DNA of 63,821 nucleotides, the filler included, from Blastocystis sp. subtype 4 (taxonomy: Eukaryota): the NCBI RefSeq assembly GCF_000743755.1. It is 3 parts of 3 records of this genome, joined end to end, with 100 filler letters (N's around TTAATTAATTAA, not from the genome) between each part and the next. Parts side by side here need not be neighbours in the genome. Positions count along the whole stretch, not along the records: positions 30,174 to 54,361 come from NW_014569383.1; positions 54,462 to 63,821 come from NW_014569196.1; 1 more part is not named here. One strand, 5' to 3'. The translations under genes were made by a program, and so were the position numbers. Below the pieces are notes generated by a model. The model was given only the letters and a program-made list of their open reading frames with translations. It was not told the origin of the DNA and did no database searches. Shown here in pieces: positions 51,486-63,821 of the stretch. Every line of letters begins with the position of its first letter. The first letter of the stretch is position 1.

Positions 51486-52429
51486 ATGTACAGTCACAAC
51501 CGCAGCAACCCTTTATTCCTCAGCAGCCTCAAGCCTATCAACCTCCGTTTCCGCAACAGCAGCCTACTAATGGACTGAATATGCCACAGTTTTCAACAGG
51601 GTACAGAGCCAAGTAGGTGTATAAGATCATAGTAATGCAGTGTTCGATATGGCTTTCAATCAAACTACAAATCTGGTGAAGAATCGATTGGATTCGTACA
51701 CACCTGAAGCAACAGGATTGTGGAATAGTTTTAAGAAGTATTTCCAGGTAAGCAACCAATATGTCGTTGGAAAACTTCAGCGTCTGCTGTTTCCTTTTGG
51801 TTCAAAGTCATGGAAGAGAACCTGTCAAATCAATGATGACGGAAGCGAAACCTATTTCCCTCCTCGTCAAGATGTCAATGCTCCGGATTTGTACATTCCG
51901 CTAATGGCTATCTTTACATATATTGTTACAGTTGGATTCATGGCAGGAACGAAAGGTCAATTCTCACCGAAGATTATTTCTTCTTCATTGTCTGCTTGCT
52001 CAGTTGCGATTACTCTCGAACTTCTGCTACTGAAGCTGATCCTATACTTAATTAATTGTCCTGTTTCTATTTTCGATTTACTGGCTTTGATTAGTTACAA
52101 GTTTGTTGGGTATGGTCTAATGAGTTGTGATTAGTGTAGGTTATGTATCAATTCGATTGTCAAATTGACAGGCATCCGAATTGCTTATATTGCTTCTTGT
52201 CTTTATACTGGCATTTGTATGGTGTTTTTCACGGTACCAGTGATTGGGTTTATTGAATTTAGCTTCATTCTATGAATACAGCAGTTACAACAGGAAGGGA
52301 TGAGGAGAGAAAGAGACGCAAGTTTAAGAACTACTTTGTCTTTTCGTAGTTGTTGGACGTGATTGTGATTGTAGGACAAGTTTTTCTCAACTACTATTGA
52401 TGTGGCTCATGGGACGATATATGGGATAG
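51486..52429 (+). CDS. YIF1: ER-Golgi trafficking protein YIF1
   Basis: KKYFQVSNQYVVGKLQRLLFPF..PPRQDVNAPDLYIPLMAIFTY..DLLALISYKFVG. Confidence 0.93.
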
Positions 52430-52449
52430 ATGTGCAATGGTATGTTTGT

Positions 52450-53264
52450 TAACAAAGAGTCAACTCTTTCTTTGGTCTTGACGAACGGATTTGTAACGAG
52501 ATCGACTTATCCTTGTACTCAGCACTTAAACTATCGAGGATGTCTTCATGCAAGGCAAGATAGTGTTCAGCAAGTTTCTCATAATGGGGCGCATAACAAA
52601 CTTCTCCATCCCAATTTGTATTGTTACATGCAGCTGGAGCATGATTCTGATCCTCATCAATTCAATATGGACTTACAATCAATGCTTCTTTTCCTGTCAC
52701 AGATCTATAGTTCTCATTTAGGAATACCATTTTCATCGTAGCAATAGCATATACCTTTCCATTGCACTCAAAACTAGAGATCAACAATAACAACAACAAT
52801 GTACACTTGCTTAAACCAGACATTCTTTCCTGAAGCAGCGACAATCGACGTTCGAACGATAAACTTCTGGAAGAGCTTTAACGAACGAAGATACTGAATA
52901 TGGGATGTACTAACAACACAATATGCTTTGTGAACCCATTTTAAACCGAAAAGACGAATAGCCAAATTGTACCGACCATAATCACAGTACAAGTTGTAAG
53001 ATCCATTATTCATATGCCCATAGTGGTCAATATCACAAAACCAGACTCTAAATGACAGTTCACTATCTGTACATAAAGTCATGTCCAAACAACCCACCGT
53101 CGAAAAGACTCTTCAGTCTAGGTTGGAAGTAACTCCGAATACCAGAAATAAGAACACAGATGATATAACCACCAGGAAGGGACCTACATGACACCAGTGG
53201 TTAAAAAATACCTGTAGAAAATACAGTACAAAATGAGACAACCCAACGCCAACACAGAAACCAT
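52450..53264 (-). CDS. HotDog-fold thioesterase, THEM6-like
   Basis: FRVWFCDIDHYGHMNNGSY..DYGR..IQYLRSLKLFQKF; both ends approximate. Confidence 0.75.
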
Positions 53265-53565
53265 ATTAAAAAAGAAGTATCACTTTGCTAGTCAATGACG
53301 TAATACCTTCAAAGAGGCACTATTCCAATAAATCTTTCGTACTATCGATCCGTATCTCTATGGAGAGTACTTGAAAACCAATTTGTCAAAAAGGAAACAC
53401 CAATGACAGCTCGTTTCTCAAGTCCAAACTGAACGGCACAAATGTAAACAAATGATTACTCTACCACACAACAGAATTCTATGTATTGAAAACTAAAGAC
53501 AATAAAATGTGACTAACACAAACACTCAATAGAGCACAAAGACTGATACATACCCAAAACCCCAA

Positions 53566-53770
53566 TTAGAAGAGCTTATGAAGCAGATGAAGAACTACCA
53601 CTCCAGCTACAAACACAACGCTAGTCATCAAAACAGCGTAGGGAGTCCTAGACGTGACTTTCTCATCAACTCTACTACAATTCAATACCAGTTACAGTAG
53701 ATTTCGAGAATGAGTTAGATCTTGAAGAACTCTTAGATTGGGTGATAGTCTTAGTAATTGCAGTAGCCAT
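53566..53770 (-). CDS. SEC61B: Sec61 beta subunit-like protein (not in ORF track)
   Basis: With 31-nt intron 53648-53678: MATAITKTITQSKSSSRSNSFSKSTVTGIELTPYAVLMTSVVFVAGVVVLHLLHKLF; matches the Sec61-beta GxxxxPxxVL..F...V.xLH tail. Confidence 0.8.
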
Positions 53771-54134
53771 AGAAAGAAATGATAAAGATTCCTCAATGGA
53801 ATTAAGTGAGAATAATGACATGCAAATAGAAACAGTATTCTTATTGAAATAACCGCGGTTCTGATCGTTCTGTTATATCTCTCTTCAAAGCGTGCTATTG
53901 GTCTTGATTCCTTTGAATTTGTATATATGATACACAGGCATCATTTCAGTATTACATTATCATTGGATCCTCTGTAACCCTCCTATCACACTTAAATGAG
54001 GTATTATACTATCTATACATGGTCTCAATACCAATAAAACTGGAATATGACTTCTTTCTATTATCTTAGTGTATGTTTATATTTTGGGCCATCACTATTG
54101 TCATGTTCCTTTTCTCTTTAGATTGTGCTCTATA

Positions 54135-54361
54135 ATGGTAAGTAGTGTATAAAACAAGTGTCATTTGTATTTGTCGGTCTGGTATTGACGAAGGACATGT
54201 GAATAGTTATTTGTTACTGTTTTCACGATTGACTCATCTTACGATAGTATACTTATATTTATTGTAGACTCGCGGCCCTAAGAAGCATTTGAAGCGTTTG
54301 AATGCCCCTAAGCACTGGATGCTTAACAAGATGGGAGGTGTGTGGGCTCCTCATCCCAGTT
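54135..54361 (+). CDS. RPS4: 40S ribosomal protein S4, 5' part, truncated by the gap
   Basis: ATG, 130-nt intron 54138-54267, then [31 protein letters not shown]. Confidence 0.93.
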
Positions 54362-54461
54362 NNNNNNNNNNNNNNNNNNNNNNNNNNNNNNNNNNNNNNN
54401 NNNNNTTAATTAATTAANNNNNNNNNNNNNNNNNNNNNNNNNNNNNNNNNNNNNNNNNNNN
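54362..54461. other. Assembly gap linker N44-TTAATTAATTAA-N44
   Basis: Identical to 30074-30173. Confidence 0.97.
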
Positions 54462-54683
54462 CGCACTTGTAAACCGTTCCACACAAATTAGAAAACCGAT
54501 AGGAGAATTTCATATGAAATGGATTTCACAGTGAGTGAATGAGTAAGCAATGTATTCTCACACGTTTCTTTGGAAATATAGAATACCTCTCAAAATCTCA
54601 AGAGTTATGATAACTGACTATTTCAAAAGTATATGTAAAACCAAACAAATCATCGATTCACCTTTATTCCTCGTAACAACGAT

Positions 54684-55312
54684 TTAGAACATACGGAACT
54701 GCTTGCGGATGTTGGAGAGACCCTTGGACTTCTGAGACTCGTGATCAATGACGTTAAATCTCACAGTCTTCGACAGAGGTCTACATGTCACTCTTCTCAC
54801 ATTCTCTCACCTGCACTGACCAATCGTCACGATATCTCCCTCCTTCACATCGAAAGAGCAGGGATGTTGCGATGTCTCTTTTCGTAACTAAACATCACTT
54901 GAACACCTCAATCTTACCGTCTGTACTTCTTGACATAACGGAGATAGTCACGACGGACAATAATGGTGCGCTCCATCTTAGTGGAAATCACCAGACCCTT
55001 CAGAATAGCTCCACGAATGGTAACAGAGGAAGTGAAAGGACACTTCTTATCAATGTACTTTCCGTGAATAGCAGCCTCAGGGGTCTTGATGCCCAGACCC
55101 ATATCAGCGTACCAACGCTGGTTGGCCTTCTTACCAAGGAGATGGACCTTGCGGTAAGAGAACATTTCCTGCTTCTGGAAGGCAGCTTGGTTCTACAAAA
55201 ACGGTTTAGAACATAAACACTAAAACAAAACAAGTGTAATCAGAATAACGAACGAGAAATGAGGAGAAAATAATTCAATCGATTCACTTACTTGTTCCTG
55301 AATATCAGCCAT
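54684..55312 (-). CDS. RPS11: 40S ribosomal protein S11
   Basis: [57 protein letters not shown]. Confidence 0.97.
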
Positions 55313-55572
55313 TACAATTCAAGTTGAATAGGTGATCTTTGTGAGAGAAAAAAGAAGCGAATGAGTCAACCCAGGGGGTAAATTGAATAAAATAGAACTA
55401 AATTACTAAGTGGATTTTGGGTCCATTCATTTGGATATGATTGATTCATCCATTTTTCAATCTACTGCATAATGATTCACTTATTATGGATGAAGAGACA
55501 ACGTTTGGGGTCTGTGAAGATAATAATATGTTGATCAGGACTGTAAATATAAAGAATTAAGAAGCCTTGTAA

Positions 55573-55645
55573 GTCCCTGTGGCCTAATGGATAAGGCGTT
55601 TCCCTCCGGAGGAGAAGATTGTGGGTTCAAGTCCCACCTGGGACT
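55573..55645 (+). tRNA. tRNA-Arg(CCG)
   Basis: GTCCCTG/CTGGGAC acceptor (one T-T mismatch), GCCTAATGGATAAGGC D arm, TTTCC-CTCCGGA-GGAGA anticodon arm, GTTCAAGTC T loop. Confidence 0.92.
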
Positions 55646-55657
55646 ATTTATTATTAA

Positions 55658-57421
55658 ATGACGGAGACCTACAGCTCGTTGAATCGAATTGCACAATCTG
55701 CCGGATTGAATATGATTGCTCAGGTATCTATTTTTCTATTGATTCAGTAAAAGGTGTTGATTCGAGCTTTTTCTTTTTTAATCAATGCTATTATCATCCG
55801 ATTTGTGTCCATTGATTACATTGGAATTGTGAATGTCAGGTACTTCGTCCTTTTCAGTTGTCATCGTAGACTTCATCTGTTAGTTACGACGATTCTTTTT
55901 ATTACTCGTGAACCAATCCGAAAAGCCTGTTTTGATAAAAAGTCAGAAGAATGGTCAAGTGTGAATCGATTGGTTTGGCTTGTGTTTGTCTGGGTGTAAA
56001 GAGTTATTGGTAGAATTCCCATTGGAATCGTTGTTGCAACAGTTCTATCGTTGATATGGATCTATGTTCTTCCCTCTCCAGATATCGACTTTTACAACGA
56101 AGTAGTCAATAGAAATGTAATTTCATTTATAGTCTGTGATTATCTATGCCATTGCTTCTCTGATTGCTCTCTCCTCAGAATCCTGTTTTGTCATTACTCA
56201 ACTTTCTCTTCATACAAACATTAAGGTATTTGTAGAGAGTACTGCATTAACTATTCGCAGTCTTCTAAATTGTGTTCTTCTAGGGTTATGGCCCTCACTT
56301 GGTCTAAAAGGCTTCTGCATTGCTGAACTCATATTTGCTTGCCTGTATCCTTCTCTATATATTGTGAAGATTAACCAGATTCTTCGAGATACTCCCAAAG
56401 AATCATCTCTTCCCATTCAATCTCTTCGTGACCTTGCTCCTTCATTTCATTCAGGCTCGTTCCCAGAAGGATCTGTTTCGTTGTTATTTCTCTTCTTCCG
56501 ACAATCCTGTTTGAAACAACTTCTCACAGAAGGTGAGAAGTACATTCTAAGTCTTAGTTCGGTGTCAATGCATGATCAAGGAGTCTATGAAATCGTTAAC
56601 AACCTTGGATCACTATTTGCTCGATTCCTCTTCCAACCTCTTGAAGAAGCTTTCTATCTCTTCTTCTCACGAGTGGATGATTTATCAAGGATTCATACAT
56701 AGGAAGGTGATCGAGGTAAGTCTCAAAATCAGTCAATTCTCTCTGTATGTGCTCTTCTCTTACGATCTCTCAACTACGTACCATACAGATTCATACATAA
56801 ATTCTAGTTTGGATGTCTTGTTATTGGTTTTGGTATGTCTTATTCATCATCTCTTCTCTTCCTCTATGGTGGCTCATCATTGGCTTCCCCTACTGCCATC
56901 TTCATGCTTCGTTTATACTGTGTGTATGTTTTAGTACTTGGTCAAAATGGCATTTCGGAAGCGTTTTTCATGGTAACTCTGATTGAGTCTGTTTAAGATA
57001 GGCCACAGCAGAATCATCGTTATTAGAACAGTATAATCGATTGATGGGAATATATTCGGGAGTGTTTGTTGGAGTGGCTCTTCTACTTACTCCTATACTG
57101 GGTTCTGCTGGATATATTGTAGCCAATATTGTGAATATGATATGTCGTTGCGCTCATCATGGATTATATCTGAATAGAGTGAGTGAAAAGAAGATATGGA
57201 GAGATATTCTCCCTGATGGACGATGGTTAGGGTGTCTGATCATTGTGAGTAGTTTGTTATGTATGAGTGAGAATCGATCGTTCCCTTATTCGATTCACTC
57301 TTTACTATGTCATTTATCTGTGGGAATAGTAGCAGGCATATCTATGTTGGGATTGTTGTATGTATTCGATAGGAAACTGATTCGAGAAGACATGAAGATA
57401 CTAAGAAACAAACAGGAATAA
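55658..57421 (+). CDS. RFT1: Oligosaccharide translocation protein RFT1
   Basis: ILFITREPIRKAC, LKQLLTEGEK, QGVYEIVNNLGSLFARFLFQPLEE, NGISEAF, GYIVANIVNM. Confidence 0.94.
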
Positions 57422-60400
57422 TGATGAATTGATTCGATATAATGTTTGATCTTTGACATAGTTATTGGTTTACCAAGTATTCCATCTAATCCACATTTCA
57501 TATACAAGTCGATTTGTTCTGTCATCATATTTCCTGTTAATCCCACAATTAAACCTTCATAATGATACTTCTGTCGTAATTGTTTGGCTACTTCTCCTCC
57601 ATTCATCACAGGCATTTCATAATCCTATTCTTAAGCATATATCCATTTAGTACTAGTAGAATCAGGTCATATGGATGCTCCATTGGGAATGAATGAAGGA
57701 GATCGACTCCACTACTGAACTCTGTACACTAATGGTCAAATCCTTCTTATACTCTCACCTCCAAATGCAGTCGACGCAAGCACATTGTTGTCAGGTTTAG
57801 ATTGGATTTCTGATCATCGACAACTGCAACAGTGTGGATTGTAGCTGCTTGTATGACTGGCCTGTCACATACTATCTCTGGTTCTTTCATATCTTGCCTC
57901 TGAGGTAACAGAAACGAGAATACAGATCCCTTTCCTGGCTGAGATGTTACTTCGACAATACCTTTGTGTAGAGTGATGATATGAAGCGAGAGACATAGAC
58001 CCAATCCAGTACCTCTTCCCTTCTGCAACTCTCCACTACGAACCTGACGGTATCTACAATGAAATAGGACATGAACAATTACGGGTGAAAGAGTGTTTTC
58101 AAGTCTTGTTCAGAGATTCCAATTCCAGTATCAGAAACACTCAATTGGATCCACGATGTCCAATCTTCAAAGTCTTGATTCTGATATAATGTCTTGCTTA
58201 CTAGAATCATGTGATACTTGTCTCCAATAGTTTCAATTACTCGGTGATATGTCTCCCTATCTGTTTTCAATACATCCTTATTTTTAGCTTCCTTGATCAC
58301 AAACATCTTCTCATGAATTGAGTTCAGTCGTTTCTTCTTAACTGTGATTGATCCAGAATGAGGTGTAAACTTGATTGCTAGAAGTGAAAGGAATACACAA
58401 TGTATACAATTTGAGAGGAAGTTTCCAATTACCATTCTCAATCGAACTCGATCACCAAATCTGATTATCATTCAAAAACAGAGAACTTCTACATCACCGA
58501 TGGTTCCTTAGCATATTCTGAAATGAGTGAAACTCCCTTCACACTGCATTGAACTCCATATTGACTAAGAATCACTTCTAATTCATCATTAATGTTAAAG
58601 AAGGATGGTTCAATGACATATTTCCCTTCTTCAATCTTCTGCATGCTCAGTACATCATCGAGAATGTGCGAAAGCGAATTACAACTGGATCGAAGCATAG
58701 ATAACAAAGTGGCAGTGTTTTCTCCATCAGGTGAGAGTAACAGATCAATTCCCATACTGATAGGAGATAAGGAATTGCGCACTTCGTGGAAGATATACGC
58801 CTATGATGAAGTAAGATTCATGACACTACAATGAAGTCTCGCTTATTACGATTTGCTGTCTCTGCTTCTTCACGTAGCTTAATTTCATTCTCCTCACGTT
58901 CTACATCCTTTGTGATATCTCGAAATGACATCATAGCTTGGGATTCATTCGGAATAAACACCATACTAAGCTGTAGATGAAGTGAAGTCTCTCGATCAAT
59001 AACCACATGAACATTTTGAATAACCCGCTTATGTTTCAATTGAGAAAAGTATGGCTGTAAGGCCTCACTCACATCAGGATAGAACGTCAATGGGTTCTGT
59101 GACAGAATCATCTTTTTTGCTAAAGAAGACTCCATTGGATGAATAAACTCAAGTGGTTTCATTTCTACCATGTCGTATAAGCAAGAACCACTGAATGCAA
59201 TATCGATCATTGCTTGTCGTAGTGCATTCAAGGAGTTGATCTGTCGTTGAAGTTCCTTCTGCTTCTGTTTCATATGCTCATTCTCTGTAATATCCTTAAT
59301 ACAAAGAACAGCTTGAGAATATGCATGATAAGCAAGTAACACAGGAACAATGACCATACTGTACATCCGCTCCTGATTATCAATAATCAACATGATATGA
59401 GCGTCAACCACAGTTACTCCCTCATGACAAACATCATGAACCTTTTTGAGAAAGTCTTCTCGATATGCAGGAGCAATAAAAGGCATGAGAAGAGTTCCCT
59501 TATCTTCACAATGAAGTAAGGTTCGTAATGAATAAGATGGATTGAGAATGGTAAGTGATTGAAGTTCAATGATACATGTTCCATCAAAAACAACATCAAA
59601 AATGGTTCGATAACGAATATTCTCATTACTTACAGCTGATATGGACAAATGAAGATAGTGTTTTAGAATGATCGTGTTATGAATTGGATTTAAAACAATT
59701 CGATACTGAGAAGGTTTATGATATACTGACATTAAATACTCCTTATCCTTCACAATAATGAAGTTTGCCAAACTTGATTCACCTTCAGGACAATGACAGA
59801 GAGATTCAAAAACAGGAATTGATTGAGATGAGAGAATCGATGAGAAATTGGTTGACTGAATGTATCCAAACTGTTCAGTTGCTTCCTTATTCATATATTG
59901 AATCGTACCATCATATTGAAGAAAGAGAATGGGAAATGAAACTTCCTGAAGCAGAAACAAGTCTTCAGGCAAAACATCAGAAGATGAAGGAGACAATGAT
60001 GTGAGTGTTAGAACGAAGAGAGAAGGAAGATCCAACATCCTTCGATAAACTGTTGCGTGAATCTCTGGACAGATAACAGATGCAGAATCCGGTAAGAGAA
60101 GGGTGGAGACATGTTGGGCTGAGAGATACTGGAAGAGATCGCCTCGAGCTCCACAATCAAGAGAAAGGGCTTGTGTAGTTAGGATACGACCTCGTGGACT
60201 CCAGACATACTGAACCAGAGAATCTTTATGATAGAAGGAAAAGTCCTGAAGGAACTGGCACATATGATGACTACTGAACAGTAATTCATGGGGTTGCCTG
60301 TAGATTGCAAAGATTGTACCTTCTCGTTCAAGGATTTCCTTTTCCAAAATCCATTGTTCTTCATTGAGAATCTCATGAGCTGAAGGGATGATCGTCCCCA

Positions 60401-61367
60401 ATGAGTTCGGCAACAAAGAAGTAGCTGATTTTGTTAACGTCTCACTTCGCAAGACTACACAGGACCCATACTCAAAACGAAAAGACTGTACTGGCCCTTG
60501 CAAAGCAGGATTCTTCATTGTTCCAATACCTTTGTGGATCGAAATTACATCACTCAACATCTTTCCTTCCCATTCTTGTCTTGGGGTCTCTATTCCACTC
60601 ACAAAGATCACTTCATCGATAGCATTACATACAATCAGAATGTGAGGTTGATCTGAATGGGTCTTTTCGACTGCCTGAGCGATGAGTTGATGTCTCTCTT
60701 CCATAGTGTAATCAATCAGACTCATAATTGGCTCATAATACTTCATTACTAGAATACAGTACACATGAAAACAACAGAATCCACGTTTCGGATTATGTGA
60801 ATGGAATGTAAACCGAAGAGTGTACTTTCTCACGTTTCGAACCTCATTAAACAGTCTCTGGATGTATCTTTTTTCCTCTTCAATACAACATAAATCCAAT
60901 AGCGTTGTTTGCCAAGGAACAGTCCAACCATATTCGTCAATGAAACTATTGGATGCATAGTTGATATGAAGCGTAGCTGCATCAATTGATAAAAAATATG
61001 AACTAATAAGCGTTGAAAAGGTGAAATGAATGTCACGTCCAACTCCATGTTCGTGGAATATCTTCTCCTCACTTCCTGCATCGTAACAGGCTGGAATCAG
61101 TACCAGAGTCTCTTTCTCATTGAAGTCTTTGATGAATACTTCCTTTGATTTATTGTTATCGGATCGTGTATTCCCAATTACACTCCAGTGAGATGCAGGG
61201 GTAGATTTCTTCAGTTCATTTCGAATGAGACCATCAATGCTTCCTCTGGTTGGAGTAATCATAACTAGATCATCAGTATGATGATTGTAGACCCCAATGG
61301 AGTAGTTCAATACATCGGTTAAGAAGAGAATCAAATCTCTCGACAAATAGGGATAATCTCTTTCCAT
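57419..61367 (-). CDS. Hybrid sensor histidine kinase (PAS-like sensors, HisKA, HATPase, receiver); stop probably completed by poly(A)
   Basis: H box RDFIAYIFHEVRNSLSPI, N box GDRVRLRMVIGNFLSNAIKFT, G1 VSDTGIGI, G2 GTGLGL, receiver VVDD..MPVMNG..GLTGN..GKP. Confidence 0.92.
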
Positions 61368-61666
61368 AACTTGTTGAACGGAGCCGTTTTCCTTTCCATG
61401 AACCCTAGACGTGTATTGTGTTCGTAGGGTTCTATATCAAATCTTTCTCACAGAAAATACAAGTATTCTGAAAGTGTTTCCATCATTCTTTTGTGTAACC
61501 CGTCATCGTCGAGATATCTAAGAGAATGCATTTTCATCCTTTCCCATTAAAGCACATTAATCTTTATCCTTTCAGGACCCACTTTAGATTGACGAAGCAA
61601 GGATAGAGTCACGTGAATACCTACCTCTATCTTCGCATTTCAAACAACTCAAACTGTATCACAGAG

Positions 61667-63432
61667 ATGAGTGTAAGAAATTGGTTATTTGGATGAGTAA
61701 AGACTTACGTTTCTTGTAGTTGATTTCATCTCTACTGTGGATCGGCCTCTTGTTTCTGGCAGTAGAATTACATCTTTCATTTCAGTATAGTCCAGTTCCC
61801 TTCTTCGTGTTCCTCTGTATAGTTCATTAGATGCAACAGTAATATGGTCAAATCTCTGTGTTGGGAATCCATCGAATTGCTTCCGTGTTCAGATTGTAGT
61901 CGATTGGGAATGATATAAAGCCTAGGATACAGGTTCCCATGTTACCATCCTTCCAAGTATCAACTGTTCACAGTGTAATCCGGTATACTAGTATTGTTTC
62001 TCTCATTATTAGTACACTGGTTCAAGATATGATGTAACCCAGAGTCATTCTGGGAAACCTGTAGAATGTCTATCTAGTTATTGTGATGAAAGTAGCCCCT
62101 GACATTACTCTTTCCTCTAGATTCGTGTAATAGGAATTGCCGCTATCCTAGTTACTGTCAAAAACGGAGATGTTGTGATGTCACTTCTCCTTCACTATGT
62201 GGTTTCTATCTGAGTTATTTAGACGGATCAACGTAGTTTCATAGTGTTCTCATTGATATCTAGGGCCGAAGGTGCATTATATGGAGAAGTAATGAGTCTT
62301 GAAACTATCGATACTTCATCTCCACTTGTATTCTCTCTTTTTGGATCCATTGCGTATTGACTTCGAGTGTCTGATATTCATAGGAAGCAGACAGGACAAT
62401 GGGATTCCTTCACCGATGGATTGATGGGTTGGAGTTATGGAGGTGTACGAGGGTTTCCAACAGTTACATCGACATGGCTCGAGGAATTGGTTTCTCAATG
62501 TAATTCCTGAAAGTGATCTTCATTGCTAGATAAAGTTACCGATTCATTTAGTCTTTGTTTTGGCAGATCTAATGGTATATTAACAGTTGGTGGATATGAT
62601 GAACGAATGATTGTAGTGATGGATTAGGAGCATAATGACTAGGAAGGTGATATATATTGGATGGATAATCAAGATCCATACTATTACGTAGTGAGACTTA
62701 ATGACGTTCAAATCAATCAGAAATCTGTCTCTATGGTAGTGGAATCATTTCACTCTAACTCTAGCTGAAATCAATTCGTGCCGTGATCGATTCGGGAACC
62801 ACATTGACCTTGTTTCCAAAGACGCTATTTAATAAATTCAAACAACTGTTTATGAAACAATACCCCTCTCTTCCTACTCTCTCTCAGTCACCCAACATTC
62901 TGGATGGTGCTTATGTATTGACAAGTAGACCCTCATCGGACTGGCCAGAACTTCAATTCTATTTTGATGGAGTCATTGTATCGATTCCACCTTCTGTGTA
63001 CTTTGTATCCCATCTTCAAGATGGCAAAGAAGCGTGGTTGTTTGGAATTCAATCGTTTGCTGGATATGTATTCTTTTCTATTTCTCTTTCCCATAGTACG
63101 TCATTCTCGGAGACACATTTATGACGGGATTACACATTATCCATAATCGAGCAGAAGGAACTATTGGATTTGCCATGCCCTCTTCCATGTGTTCGTGTAC
63201 CTACTTGTTACTAGTGTTGATGGTAGATACAGGACAAAGTTCTGTTTATCCAACTTCCTACAAACGCTCTACGCCTTCAATTCTGTATATTCTAGGTATT
63301 CTTATAATTGTTATAATTGTCATCGTTATCCTATTGTACAAATTCCTCGAAATAATTACGAGTAGAAAACATTGCAAATGTCACATCTCGAAGCAACATC
63401 AAAGACATAGTGCTACTCAAGATAAGTTATAA
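61667..63432 (+). CDS. Pepsin-family (A1) aspartic protease with C-terminal TM anchor
   Basis: VGNPSNCFRVQI-DTGS and VIDSGTT catalytic motifs, YLDGS, ILGD, IGFA; many micro-introns. Confidence 0.88.
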
Positions 63433-63723
63433 ATTCTGTATTCTTGTTTTCACAAGTTATTGACACTATTCTCAACAATTACCAATGAATCGGAAACTCA
63501 ATTTGCTTCATAATTGTAGTGAGTGCTATTGTCAATATAAAATGACAATATACTGAGTTATTTTCCTATATCTATTATTAGTGATGATTGCATGCACTAT
63601 CCAATCACGGGAATTTCTTATTGAACTCCAATCGACATGAATTGTCCTTGTAACAACAGTCAGGTGTAGGGATTTGTTTTCACCAGAGCAAATGAATGGA
63701 ATGAACTCATTTTTCTGTAGAGA

Positions 63724-63821
63724 ATGAAGCATAACAACGTTTTGCCTAATGCTCACTTCAAGAAGGATTGGGATCGTCGTGTGAAGACTTGGTTCGACCA
63801 AGCTGGACAGAAGAGACGTCG
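63724..63821 (+). CDS. RPL13: 60S ribosomal protein L13, 5' part (runs off window)
   Basis: [33 protein letters not shown]; an upstream exon is possible (acceptor-like TTTCTGTAG just before). Confidence 0.92.
   Translation, partial: MKHNNVLPNAHFKKDWDRRVKTWFDQAGQKRR

Noticed and set aside
10430..60645. Many short antisense or alternate-frame ORFs in the track (e.g. 16548-16901, 44226-44516, 54785-55216)
   Set aside because: Shadows of real genes, often over low-complexity coding regions

Overview
AT-rich, very gene-dense eukaryotic nuclear DNA. Most introns are ~28-35 nt GT..AG and genes end near a TGTTTGTT motif, which together point to the anaerobic gut stramenopile Blastocystis (inference; no search run). 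The ORF track is fragmented by these micro-introns. The window holds about 35 protein genes, including NAT10, TEX10/IPI1, NIFK/Nop15, LSM6, MBF1, five ribosomal proteins, an SR protein, LipB, a mitochondrial carrier, an EF-hand CorA, YIF1, Sec61-beta, RFT1, a PAS hybrid histidine kinase and an aspartic protease. It also has three tRNAs (Pro-AGG, intron-containing Tyr-GTA, Arg-CCG), a truncated 5S rRNA and two artificial 100-nt gap linkers. Main findings: (1) a membrane selenoprotein gene hidden from the ORF track (28807-29593, minus) with two in-frame TGA codons and a canonical type II SECIS in an unusually long 3' UTR; (2) a 10-repeat Ig-like surface-protein gene with patterned deletions, enclosed by inverted repeats of at least 277 bp; (3) several genes whose stop codon appears to be completed by polyadenylation 4 nt upstream of TGTTTGTT, a known Blastocystis mechanism, including one whose signal lies inside the neighbouring CDS; (4) an orphan structured minus-strand transcript candidate at ~15250-15480. 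Multi-exon boundaries were read by eye and are approximate unless stated.
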